Assembly (NCBI GenBank): GCA_900088475.1
Contig: FLMG01002424.1
Coordinates: forward strand, 1 to 64,000
DNA: 64,000 nucleotides
From: Hyphochytrium catenoides
Taxonomy: Eukaryota > Protista > Hyphochytriomycota
Direction of reading: 5' to 3'
The position numbers and the translations under genes are program-made. The notes beneath the pieces were generated by a model that was given only the letters and a program-made list of their open reading frames with translations, ran no database searches and was not told the origin of the DNA. Of this stretch, positions 37,631-49,393 are shown one piece after another (within the stretch, counting starts at the first letter, position 1; each line of letters starts with the position of its first letter).

Positions 37631-38563
37631 TGCCTACGCGCCACCCACCCGGGGACCCGACAGTGCCAGGCCGAGGCCTTAAATAAAAGAAAGAGGGTAG
37701 GAGGAGTGACAGACTCCTTCGCAAGACATGGAGCTGCGTTCGATGGTGTTTGCTGTCAAGACAGAGGACATGCAGCTGTACCGTCCTAATCGTTGCTCAG
37801 ATGCATTTGCATACATAGGCATACACTTTGATCACTACCTAAAGTCTCTCTGTTCCATTGCCTTTCGTCTGATGCCATCAGGCAGAGCTGCTCCATCCGA
37901 GTTCTGAAGATTATCGCGATCTGGCGGAGCTGCAGACTCGGTGACGGACGGACAGGCACCAGCAACACCCACACCACCACCCGCGGCTAACCAGGTTAGC
38001 TACATTTCTACCCAGCTGACCCAATCAATATAGACGTTATGCCATTTAATTTCATAATATTGACGCCATTTTAAGAGCCGTTGAGCAGTTTTTATTTGGG
38101 TCTCAGTACGTTCCTACACGAGGGTCAAGCATCTCAACAAAAAGATTCTTGGAAAGCTTGGCGTGAAGGTGAAGCAGTGGTCTGATGGTCTGATGCTGCT
38201 GGCGCTCGGCACGCCCGCCTCTGGCTGGCAATGAGGGAAGGCAACTCGATGAAGAGTTGGATGAAGCGCAATCCACGCCCCAGAGCCCCGAGGCCAAAGG
38301 TGAGAAGACTCTACGGCGGCAGCCAGACATGCTCCGTTTCAATGAGCAGAGAAGCATGGCCATATATGATCAGAACAAGTCTTCATGCGCCTCCTGTCTG
38401 TTGGTCTGACAAGGGCTGGGATATCCTCTCCCGTCTTGGATTGGAGGGTCAAAATAGATTCACTAGCTCTTCTAATGCTTTGACGGCCCTTTCGCCACTT
38501 TGCGCCTCGCCTGTGTGCCGTCTCCCAAATTCTTGAACGGGGAGGTTACGGCCAGTACCTTGT

Positions 38564-41500
38564 TCACACCTCTACGTCCATTGCATTAGCGTCAACCGCT
38601 GCGACTTCCTGTTGCTGGCCCTCGCCATCTTTCTCCAGCTGAGTTGGATGATAGGGTGACCAAAAGAGAAATGCCTGGAATTCAAACAAAGGCAATGGGT
38701 TAGGCAGCGGCCTTAGAAAGAAGTCGTGTTAGGGTTAGGGCATGACCTTACTGCAACTGGGAAGGAGCCCAAAAGCCAGCGGAATAGCCGACGTGAGGGG
38801 AGCAGAACAGGGAAGTATGGTAGACTATCACGGGCAGGCGGAAGGAGATAATGGGAGTTGCGGAAGCCAGGACCAGAAGTGTACGAGAAACAATGAAGAG
38901 AGATATAGGACGGAGAAGAGAGCATAACGAGGGTTGACGAGCCACCTTGCACTCCTCCATGTTCCTCTGAAATGTCATTCCTGGGTCGAAACCTCCCGCA
39001 TATCGTTGCTTTCGTCTCAGTTCCTTGCTGTAGTGTCCAGTAGAGGAGACGCCAAGGAGACAAGGAAAAAGAGGAGATCGACATGGAGGCGGAGGTGGCA
39101 GGCGGGACGAAGGATTAGCACATGTCATAGAGCGATGATCAACGAAAGAGTATAGCGGAGTGGTTGGACTGAATAGACAGGGCACTCGAGTGACAGTGAG
39201 AGCAGTAAGTCCTGCGATAGAAGGATCAAGAGAGAGCTTAGCCCTAAAAGATGTCCTCCTAAATGATGATGACAACCGTCCAGAAGATAACTAAGAGTGT
39301 TGGCGTCAATCTACGTTATCTGACCTTTCTCCAAACTTAGGGCCGGTCTTTCCTCCTGGAACCTGAAACAACGTAGGAAGGAAATAGACCAAAGAAAAAG
39401 GGTAAAGACGAAAGGTTAAGGCATAAGAGAGGCTTAGTTTTGGCCCAACTCCTCCGCGATGTGTCTCCATACAAAGATGCAACGAGAGCTTTCACTTCGA
39501 GTTGGAGATGGAAAGCCAGAGTCAGTGACTCTGTCACTAGGAGGGAACAACTTGGGGGCATAAGAAGGAATCGTCCTTAGAATAGACGATCGGCAAATTA
39601 AGAGAAGCAAACTAAAGGAAGGCAAAAGAGACAGGTATAGAAGGTCACTCTACTCAGACAGTGATAGATCGCACTACCGGCATGGGTTGAGGGACTGCGG
39701 AGAGGAGTCCGGTAGAGCTGGAGATCTGTTGGTAGCCTGAGCCAGCTGTGGAAGGCTGACTAACCAACAGGGACGGAGGGGGACGGCTCACATCCGAAGC
39801 ATCACGCTCCTGCATAACAAGAATGACGGAGAGACAGAGAGAAAGCGGATTAGCGCACACGTCCAGAAAGAGGAGTGAGAATAGGTGGGACCGGAGCACG
39901 TGGTGTTTGAAGGAAAAAATGGCTATACTGAAGGCCAGAGGATGTCAGATACTTGGATGCATTAAGTGAGATTGAGCAGGTGAAGGCCAGATAGCGTAAG
40001 GGACCAAAAAAGAGAGGCAGACCGGGGCGGGGACAAGAGAGATATGAACAAAGCGAACACAGTTTGCACTCTGCGAGGAGAGAGAGAAGCGCTGCAAAGT
40101 GTGAGCGACAAAAGATGGGTACGGTCCATAACGCTTTGAGAACATGGAAGAAGCTCCTCACTCCCAAAGCCACTTCTTCCAGCTCCTTCTTTCTCTTTCT
40201 CTTGTACTGCTCGAGCTGTTGATCCTCAAGTTGATTGAGCTTCTTCCGCTCCGCCATCAGGCGTTGTTCCTCATGAAGCACATCAAGCAGACGACGTTCC
40301 TCCTCCGCCTAGGGTGAGAGAGAACAAAGCAGCATGAGCAGCCAGAAGCGAGAAAGTGAAAATGTTACAAATGAATAGACGAGAGCAAGACGCGGCCGTC
40401 TTCCACAAGTCTTTCTAAAATATAATCTATGGCCTCTCTCTGTTGTCTTCTGATCAAGAGTCCTCTTGCTCACCTTCTTCGCATCGTTAGCTGAAATCAA
40501 CAGACTGTGCTCCTCCCTATATTTCTTCCATTTCGATGTGGCTTGCTCTTTTTGCTCATCGGTGCCATAGACAAGATCGTAGACTTTGGAAAGCACGGAG
40601 TCGGTCAGCAGGATGGCTATTAATGGAGTGATAAGGTAGAGAGAAAGAGATCCATGGTAGAGAAGAGCTCTGCCTACGGCCTAAAACCCCGGCAAAAGGC
40701 AAGGATTGGTAAACAAAGGAATAACGTGGGAGAGTATGCGGGCTAGCTAATTGCGGGCATAGCCCTTGCTCTTTCCCACTCACCGATATCTTCCACCTCT
40801 TCGAGATAGTCATTGTACTCCTCCAGAGTGGCAAAGTCCTCCTCAGTCTTGTTATAGCTAGGCGGCCCAGAGGGAGCATGAGAGGAAGGGGGCGTTGACC
40901 AAAGAGAGAGAGGAGGGAAAGACACAGTGTATGGTGGGTGTTTGGAGAAGGCAAGATGGAGAGAGAGAGAGAGCCAAGTTCATAAGTGTCCCTGGAGAAG
41001 AAGGCTGGACGAGACGTCGCTGCACGTACTCCAAGATTGGCAACTGATGGATTGACAGAAAGGCGACGGAGAATGAGGAGAGAGGAAGAGATACTCTCTT
41101 TCTCTTACTTACTCTTTGCAGACTTTCTTCCTGACAGCCATCTCCCTCTCGAAGAGCACCTCTTGCAGGCTTTTCTTAGTGAGAGAACTCTTTTTAAAGG
41201 GCTTCCCGCACTTGTGGCATTTGATCTCTCTCTCCCTCTGAAACAATCGTGTGACACAAGTGTCACAACTGAGGAAGAAGCGTTAAAACTCCAAAGATAA
41301 GAAGTACGGCAAAAGGAGACGAAATTGAAGGTAGTGGTAGCTTCCGGTGCTAGCAACCAAAGACAGGGCAGAGAAAGAGGTAACAGGAAGGCCGAAAAGG
41401 GCTTGGAAGGCAGAAGGAAGGGACAAGAAAAGACGTAAGCGGTCACCAGACAAAAAGACTACGAGCTGAGAGAAGAGCAAATGGCAGCCATGACATAGAG

Positions 41501-41746
41501 AGAAAGATCGAATGAGTGAAGCGTACAAGCTAGTAGGGTATGGGAGGCGATATGAGAGTGCAAAGCATCATGACCAGCTAGAGAGAGTCTGCCTTACTAT
41601 CCATGGCCACACTTGGTAATAAGAAGCCTCATCTTCGTGTTCAGAAAGTTGCTCTCATCTTCTTGCGAAGTGCCGCAGCTCACACAGCGGTCTTCGTCCC
41701 CCATCTCCATCGCCTCCTTCAACGCAAGCTCCGCTGTGGACGGCAT
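38564..41746 (-). CDS. MNAT1: CDK-activating kinase assembly factor MAT1 (TFIIH subunit, Tfb3); exons 41746-41598, 41268-41113, 40857-40784, 40583-40474, 40308-40162, 39809-~39660, ~39027-38947, 38674-38564
   Basis: Spliced RING finger CVSC...KMRLLITKCGHGY|CDTCVTRLF...CHKCG; FEREMAVRKKVCKD|YNKTEEDFATLEEYNDYLEEVEDI|VYDLV; coiled coil; C-terminal YAGGF motif. First five junctions checked for GT-AG and phase; 3' exon boundaries are less certain. Confidence 0.9.
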
Positions 41747-42721
41747 CCTTGCGTGAAATGATGTCGCCTCTAGATTAGAAAAGCCGAATGCGAACTATTG
41801 GCTCTGTCCAAGCCTCTCCAGCCATAGCTCTACGCTTGTTATCAATCAGGGAGATGTGCAGCAGTCTGCAGCAGCAGCAAAGGACTATCGCTCTATCTAC
41901 GAATTGTCGGTCTCTGTTGACCCACGGCAGCTCCCACTTCCTGCTGTGCAACAATATTCCTGGTCAAAGAACCCTGCAGACACTGTGAAGAAGATGGCAC
42001 CTCCCTCACTGGGCTGTTGAAGGCTGATGATCTGTACAGCGCGGCCTCGACAACGTTCTCTCCTCTCTCTGAGTATTCCCCATTGTAAAGATACAATAGA
42101 GTTCTCTTTAGTCCCCGTTTCGTCGTATATATGCAAAGCTATCTTTTTTATATTTGTGTTAGTCATAGGTATTAGTTGTGGTCATACATTTATTGGAAAG
42201 GCTCAACCTGTTATATTCATATTAAAAATCTGTCTCATACAAAGAAAGAGCTCCTTGCGGATGACAGACAGAGCTCAACATCTGCGATCTGCCGCCTCTG
42301 TTCAGTACTGTCAAGCTCAACATTGCACGAGTCAGAGAAAGAGAGGCAGTGAGAGAGTGTGAGAGAGAAGAGACAGACTGGTCCAAGAGCGCTGAGAAAG
42401 GACATTAAGGATACGTCGAACCGCATGAGCAGAGCTTTCACAATGTTAGAAGTCTGCACTCAAAGAATGCCTCCAACTCTAATTAACTTTGGGAAAGGAT
42501 TAGGTATGAGCTGCAGTGAGAAACGGAGAAGGAGAGACGCTTGATGATATTGGATGACTAGACGCTCTAAGATTGATGTCAGGGTCTCCGCATCTCTCTG
42601 TCCGTCTCGTTGTCCCTTTCTTCCCTTGAAGCAGCTACGACGTCTCTTTCTACTCAAGACAGTACACGAACTAGATTTTCTTTCACGTAGAGACTCTCTC
42701 TCTTAGCTTTCCACTCACCCG

Positions 42722-45006
42722 TTAGTCTTTAACTGGATTGACTCTCAGTCTGATGCCATCTCTCGGGAACATTGTCAGCGCAGAGTGTGCTACTGGTTCT
42801 CCCTCCTCCGCAATCTCCACCTGGAAGTTCCTTACAATCACAGCGAGGATAGCCAGCCCTTCGTTTACAGCGAACCTTTTCCCAATGCAGGAGCGAGGAC
42901 CCGCTCCAAAGGGTAGAAAAGCAAAGGGCACATTCCCTGCCGTCTCAGGAGACTTGACGCCTCTCTCTTCGTCTCTGTCTCTTTCGCCCTCGCCCTCCCG
43001 CTGCAGGAAGCGCTCTGGCTCGAAAGCTTGAGGGAGGTCCCAGTTATCTGGATCGGCCGCCATGAACGTGTTATTGACCACTATCATGTTCCCAGCCTTG
43101 AACTCATATCCGCCGACAGTGCAATCTTTGGCTACCACGCGGGGAATCGAGGGAACCGTGGGATAGACGCGCATTGCCTCATAGAAGCACGCCTGTGGAT
43201 GGAAGGCAGGGTGAACGATGAATTGAGAGAAGGTAGAGATAGAGATGGCGAGGAAGTATAGCGAAAAAGGGGCTTATAGAGAGAGAGTAGAGAGGGGAAG
43301 AATCCTGTGTGCGTGAGAGGGGAGAAGGGTGCAGGGTTGCCTACCTTGACATAGTCCATTTTGGACAGCAAAGAGAAAGATACGTCGGTCTCTTGAGTAG
43401 GAAGAACCTTCACTAACTCACTTCGCAGCTTTGTCTGCTTTTCTGGATATTTAGCAAGGAGATAGAGACACCAAGACAGAGTGTTTGCCGTTGTCTCATG
43501 CCCAGCAATGAGCATTGTCAGCATTTCTGCCCTGATCGCCTCCGGAGAGAGAGGCTCTTTTTCTCCTGTCTCTTCCTGGGCCCTTAGTAGGACAGTGACA
43601 AAGTTGTCTCTTTCGGGTCGAATGCCTGCCTCGTACTCCTTCATCTTCTGCGCCACTACCTGCTGCAGCATCTCCTGGTACACTTTCACTCCTTCCTCGC
43701 ACTTCTTGTTCCCGTTTCTGTCAAAGAAGGAGACCCAAGAAGGGAGACCTCCTCTTATAACTGCGCGAAGAACCCATTTCCCTGCCTCCGAATAGGGAGA
43801 GAGAGGATCTTGCAGCGCGTTGAACTCTACCCCGAATCCCACTCTTCCAATGACGTCCAGAGTGAGATGTGTAAGGTCTCTGCTGACATCAATGACAGCT
43901 CCTACCTCCTCTTTCTCCGCGCGTCCCTCTCCTACCTTCGGCTGAAGGAGTGACAGCCAGTGTTCTCTTAGTCGTCCCGCTTCTTCCATCACTCCCAAGT
44001 GGTAGATCTGCAGGAATCTCTCTGAGAAGAGAGGAGAGAGAAGGCGTCGGTGTCTCATCCAGTCATCTCCCATCGGCAGACCGATAAGACCGTCTTTTAT
44101 GAGGTTGAACTGGAAGCCGCGGCTCTCTTTGGTTCTTTGCTGAAGAAAGAGAGACTTGTTCGAGACAATTTCTCGCACAATCTCTGGGTCTGCGATTTGA
44201 TAGACGATTGGGTCCACCTGATACCTGACATGCAGAGGGTGAAAGGAAGAAGGAGTCAGAGAGAGAGAGGAAGAGAGAGACAAAGAGAGAGAGGACGAGG
44301 AGAGCGAGACAGACAGACAGATAGAAGGAGGAAAGAGAGAGGGGAGATAGAGAGAAGGTTGAGAATGGGAGAAATGCGGACGGGCAATGACAGGTGATGA
44401 GGGGAATATTAAAGAAGTAGAAGACAGAGTAGGGTTTGAAGGTGAAGCGGGCCAGGGCAAACTCTGACATGAACAAAAGCCAGAGTAAGCATGAACAGGA
44501 AGAGTGAGAGAGTTCCAGAGAGGACAGACATAAAAGGGAATGAAAGGGTAGGCAGATGATGACCTCCATTACGAAGGGAGACGCTCTCTTTTGGCTCTAT
44601 GATTGGCCTCTTCTCTCTTGTCTATCTATCTGCCTTACCAATGCTTAATGAGGAAAGAGACAGGCGTGAAGATGCTGTACACTTTCCCCAGCTGCGCATG
44701 CCCCCAGTCCTTCAGCTGAGGAATAGAAGAGAGAGACATCTTCTTCTCCCAGAGAAGGCCAAAGAGCCCTAGCACTTGGAGGCCAGGGAACGTAGGAGGC
44801 GCGTGAGACCGTCGGTAGGAGTGGAGATGCACCGCACGGACGATGACAGCGAGAAGAAGAGCGAAGAGAGAGAGAAAGAGAGTGAGGGAGAGAACGTTGA
44901 ACAACGAGACTGAAAGTGTTCTGTCTGCATGGGAGCTGTGATAGAAGGAGGGAAGATGAGGGAGGAGGGAGGAGAGAGACGAGGTCCGTTGTTCTTCTTC
45001 TGTCAT
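42722..45006 (-). CDS. Cytochrome P450 copy A; 3 exons (45006-44639, 44224-43345, 43192-42722)
   Basis: TM anchor, WMRHRRLLSPLF (WxxxR), AGHETTA (I helix), EAMR (ExxR), PERF, FGAGPRSCIG (heme Cys). Introns: phase 2 (CATTG|GTAAGG...GTCAG|G) and phase 0 (AAG|GTAGGC...CACAG|GCG). Confidence 0.95.
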
Positions 45007-45180
45007 TATGCCTTCCTTGCCTCCAGCAACGAGCTGCTGGCTTTCAGCAGTGTTTTTATGTCTCTCTCCTCTCTCTTATTTACTTTTCTTCCTCAGACAG
45101 ATTCACTATCACTTCTGACTTGTCTCTTTTTCCTTGTCTTCTCCTTCCTTTCTCTCCGGTTCCTCAAAAGCCTGAAAGTT

Positions 45181-45866
45181 CTAATCTGAAGCAGCTCTGT
45201 CATCCCACGCATGGGCAGAAGAGGGGAGACCAATGCTTGTGAGAGGCGAGGAGAGAAGGGNNNNNNNNNNNNNNNNNNNNNNNNNNNNNNNNNNNNNNNN
45301 NNNNNNNNNNNNNNNNNNNNNNNNNNNNNNNNNNNNNNNNNNNNNNNNNNNNNNNNNNNNNNNNNNNNNNNNNNNNNNNNNNNNNNNNNNNNNNNNNNNN
45401 NNNNNNNNNNNNNNNNNNNNNNNNNNNNNNNNNNNNNNNNNNNNNNNNNNNNNNNNNNNNNNNNNNNNNNNNNNNNNNNNNNNNNNNNNNNNNNNNNNNN
45501 NNNNNNNNNNNNNNNNNNNNNNNNNNNNNNNNNNNNNNNNNNNNNNNNNNNNNNNNNNNNNNNNNNNNNNNNNNNNNNNNNNNNNNNNNNNNNNNNNNNN
45601 NNNNNNAGAAGAGTGAGAAAGAGAGAGAGGGAGAGAGAGGACCAGAAAACAGTGATTGCTGTCTCGAGGAGGCTGAAGTGCAAGAGAGAGATAGTACCAC
45701 GGGCCACCCACCCCTAGCGTAGAGTATAATCCAAACCGCGTCCCACCCACCTGTTCCTCCACCCACAACTCCATGATCAAGAAGAGTCACGTCAGGTCGG
45801 ACCCGACGTGGTAGGACAGGACCTGCCATGAAGGTGCTGTACAAGTGGCAGGGGAAGCAGCAAGAG

Positions 45867-45930
<64 letters not shown>

Positions 45931-46626
45931 AAAACTTTGAAGAACGAGAGACACAGACCTTTCCATGAACAGAGAGATGATGGAGCAAGAGACAGAGAGC
46001 AAGAGAAAGAAATGGAAACAGTGCCTTGAGGAAAAAGATGAAGGGGACAGATGGAAGGTGAGGGTGGTGGTGTCGACCATTAGTCTCTTGTCTCTCCTCT
46101 TCAAATCGACATCACACCATTGTTGTCCTTTCTTCCTCTTCTCTGCTGTCTCCCTTCTCTCTCTTCCTTCTCTGTGGTACGTACAAGCAATGTCCATCTC
46201 TTCTCTCTCCCTAGAACTATAGCAAGCGTGGTACAGTATACGTTCTCCTTTGCGTGACACCTGGCAAGCCGCCAGCAGTTAGAAGGCTCATCCCTTTCTG
46301 CTGATGGCGCCCTCATCCTCTTTCCTCTCCCTTTTTCGTCTCCCTCCTCCTTAAGCTCAAGCAGACTTTAGTGTCCTCTCTTTTTTCTTCTTATGATAAT
46401 TTCTCTCCCTTGCGTCCGCTCCCTGCTGTTTAACCAGTGAGGAGACAGGAAGGAAGGTCGAGAGTAAAAACGTCTCTTGCTGAGTCGTTGGCTCTCTCTC
46501 ATCTCTCTTCTTCACAGCTGGTCCTGTCAGCAGCCAGTCCGGCTTTTGTCTCTGCCCTGCGGTCTTCTTATCAACAAGGTCCGAAGGGTGGCCTCTTTGA
46601 TTCCATCCAGCGCCAGGACTCGCCAT
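45181..46626 (-). pseudogene. Candidate multi-exon relic or recoded gene, weakly C2-domain (UVRAG/Vps38)-like; exons ...-46435, 46260-46185, 45836-~45712; 3' part lost in an N-gap
   Basis: Acceptor CTAAC...GCCAG| at 46261, donor GTACGT at 46184 and acceptor GTACAG| at 45837 are phase-compatible. Product: LLSTFLPVSSL|VSRKGERILYHACYSSREREEMDIA|SPSWQVLSYHVGSDLT*LFLIMELWVEEQ, with one in-frame TGA at 45787-45789. Confidence 0.3.
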
Positions 46627-47308
46627 GGGGAAGGGAGAGCAAGAGTGCGAAAGGACGAGAGGAATGGAGAAGTGAAGTGAGAGAGGAGCGAGAGAGGCTG
46701 CATTAAAAGAAGATAAGCGAGCAGAGGGAGGCTAAGACTGCCGGAAGGTACTGCAGGGACCAGAGAGGCGAGGCGAGAGAGAGCAAGCGCGATGATGGCA
46801 GGCGGGAAGAGAGAAGCACTGTCATTGACTGACGTTTCTTAGGGGAGAAGAAGCTACGCATAAGGACTATAGAGGGGAGAGGAGTCCTATTCCACTCATC
46901 GCCTGCAGAAAGAGGATGAGCTGAGGAAGCAGGGACGGTGCCAGAGAAGAGCTTGTTTCTGAGACATAGCGAGAGCGTCCTCGTTCTCTTTTCCCTTGAG
47001 TTGAACGCAGTAGATGCTTCTCTCTCTCCTGACGGGCTAATATCAGCGGCGCAAAGAACCTCTCTCTCTCTTGCTGCTTGGACTACCTACTACTAAGAAA
47101 GACCCAGAACCCATGGCAGCTGTGTCCTCTTGATGAACTGACTTACACTTCGTCGCCAAGAACGAATCTCTCTATCTTGTCAATTTCTTCTTTACTCTCC
47201 CGCCTTATAATGGACAATATGTAAAGCACGCGCGGCATTATGAGACACTCGAACAAAGAGTGAGAGAGAGCAAAGAGAAAGAGAGAGAGGGGACATCAGT
47301 GAAGATTC

Positions 47309-49393
47309 CTATTCCTGCCGGCTTTGTCTCTGCTTGACGATGAAAGGGATGCCGTCCCTCGGTGATAGAGTAACAGAAAAGTGCGGCACAGGCTCTTGAT
47401 GGTCCGGAGGGAGCTCGAACTCCAAGTCTCTCACGAGGACAGAGAGAAGCGCAATCCCTTCATTCACGGCAAACCGCTTCCCAATGCAGGAGCGAGGACC
47501 CGCGCCGAAGGGAAGAAACGCGAATGGCGCCTTGGCTGCCGTCTCAGGAGAGATGGCCCTGAACTTCTTCCGTCTCTTCTCTCCATTAGTCTCTCCTCCT
47601 GTGCCTTCCTTTCTCTCCTCCTCTTCTTCTTCTCTGAGGAATCTCTCTGGCCGAAACTCTGCAGGCTCGTCCCAAATGGCGGGATCCTTGGCCATGGTGG
47701 CCGTGTTGACCACGGCGACAGAGTGTTTCTGCAGTTGATAACCTCCGATAGTGCAGTCTTTTCCGACGACACGAGGGATGGCGCCCACGGTGGGATAGAC
47801 GCGCAGCGCCTCGTAGAAGCAGGCCTTGGCATAGTGAAGCTGTAGCAGCCGCTCGTAAGAGAAGAAGGAAGAAGGCCACTCTTCTCTCTCTATCTTTCTC
47901 TGCTCAGAGTAGTAGGTTATCTCTCCTTTTCCTTCTTCCTCCTTCTCCCATGTCTTGTTGGCCAGAGAAATTCTCTTCTCTTCTCTGTCTGGCAGCTGGA
48001 ACTCTTTCGCCGTTGTTTCCGTTTCTCTCTCCTTTTCGGGCTCATCTTCCTCTCCATTCTCTTTGTGTCCCTCCTCTCTGTCGGGGAGGATGCGAAGGAT
48101 CTCCTCTCTTAGCTTGGTCTGCTTGTCTGGATGCTTGGCCAAGAGGTAAAGACACCAGGAGAGAGTGTTGGCCGTGGTCTCATGACCAGCGAGAAGGAGA
48201 GAAAGCATTTCCGCCGTGACCTCTTTCTCTGTGAGAGGCTTCTCTTCTTCCTTCTGTGCCTGAAGGAGGACGCTTACAAAGTTTTCTCTCTTTTTCTCAA
48301 CTCCTTTCCCTCCGTTCTCTCTCTCCTGGAAATCTCTGATCACGCGGCTCAACATCCTTTCGTACAGCGCCACCGCCTCCTCACCCTTCCGCCTCGCAGA
48401 GAAGTCCAGATAGTGCATCCACAGAGGAAGGATCTGCAGCCTGATCATCATCTCCGTAATCCACTTCCCAGCCTTCACACAGGGACATTGCGGGTCATAA
48501 AGCGAGCGGAACTCTACACCAAAGCCTGCGCTGCCAATGATGTCCAGCGTAACTAGCGTGAGATCTTTAGAGACCTCCACAACGCCTTTTGAAGCTTCAT
48601 CAGAGCTTCTCTGAGTCCAAAGATTTTGGACCTCTATCGCCTTCTCCACCACTGTCTCGTGGTAGATCTGCAAATACTTCTCCGTGAAGAGCGGAGACAG
48701 CAAGCGGCGGTGGCGTGTCCAGACCTCTCCCATAGGAAGGCCCAGAAGCCCGTCCCTTATCGGTTTGAACTGAAATCCTCGATTGTCTGGATCTACGCGC
48801 TCCTGCAGAAAGAGCTTCTTATCGCCAATGACAACCTTGGCGATCTCGGGGTCTGAGATTTGATACCGCAAAGGCTCACGAAGGCGCCAACGACAGAGAA
48901 GGCGGAAAAAGGGTGGGAAGACAGCATAGATAGGACCCAACGTCTGATGATAGAGGCGGCGTATCTCTGGAAGCTGGTTCATGGACAGACCGAGCTCTTT
49001 TTTGGCTCTAAAGATCAAGCCCAGAAGCTGCAGATCCTTGAAGGTTGGCGGACCGTGGGAGCGGCGATAGAGATGCAGATTGTAAGCTCTCAGAAGCACG
49101 GCGAGAGTGAAAGACGAAGCGACGGCCAGCGCAGAGAGCAGGAGGACGAGCTTCCATAGAGAGAGGGAACATAGGTGTTGAAGGACAGGAGGGGTGGAGG
49201 AGACAGAAGAGAAAAACTTAGGAGAGAGCCACCAGCTGTCTCCGATGTCGCCTCCTCCTTCTGCCGCAAGACAGGCTTCTGAGGGCAGAGATACATGTGG
49301 AGGAGAAAAAGAAAGAAGAGGATCATGTTCTCCTTTTGCTTCAGTGCCTTCTTCCCCTATTACTGCTGCTGCTAAGATGACAGCGATCATCAT
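47309..49393 (-). CDS. Cytochrome P450 copy B, intronless, 694 aa, with large charged insertions
   Basis: WTRHRRLLSPLF, AGHETTANTLSWCLYLLAKHP, EALR, PERF, FGAGPRSCIG. Clearly paralogous to copies A and C. Exact start codon uncertain. Confidence 0.95.
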   Translation of the reverse strand: MMIAVILAAAVIGEEGTEAKGEHDPLLSFSPPHVSLPSEACLAAEGGGDIGDSWWLSPKFFSSVSSTPPVLQHLCSLSLWKLVLLLSALAVASSFTLAVLLRAYNLHLYRRSHGPPTFKDLQLLGLIFRAKKELGLSMNQLPEIRRLYHQTLGPIYAVFPPFFRLLCRWRLREPLRYQISDPEIAKVVIGDKKLFLQERVDPDNRGFQFKPIRDGLLGLPMGEVWTRHRRLLSPLFTEKYLQIYHETVVEKAIEVQNLWTQRSSDEASKGVVEVSKDLTLVTLDIIGSAGFGVEFRSLYDPQCPCVKAGKWITEMMIRLQILPLWMHYLDFSARRKGEEAVALYERMLSRVIRDFQERENGGKGVEKKRENFVSVLLQAQKEEEKPLTEKEVTAEMLSLLLAGHETTANTLSWCLYLLAKHPDKQTKLREEILRILPDREEGHKENGEEDEPEKERETETTAKEFQLPDREEKRISLANKTWEKEEEGKGEITYYSEQRKIEREEWPSSFFSYERLLQLHYAKACFYEALRVYPTVGAIPRVVGKDCTIGGYQLQKHSVAVVNTATMAKDPAIWDEPAEFRPERFLREEEEEERKEGTGGETNGEKRRKKFRAISPETAAKAPFAFLPFGAGPRSCIGKRFAVNEGIALLSVLVRDLEFELPPDHQEPVPHFSVTLSPRDGIPFIVKQRQSRQE

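Noticed and set aside
41893-42362. AT-richer patch with short ORFs between MAT1 and P450 A
   Set aside because: No motif or splice-supported model; consistent with promoter or 3' UTR sequence.
45093-45988. Long ORFs spanning N-runs (also 62721-63287)
   Set aside because: Artefacts of translating assembly gaps.
47381-47845. Antisense ORFs repeated over all three P450s and over the dehydrogenase (e.g. MQERGPAPKGR)
   Set aside because: Shadows of conserved sense-strand codons, not independent genes.
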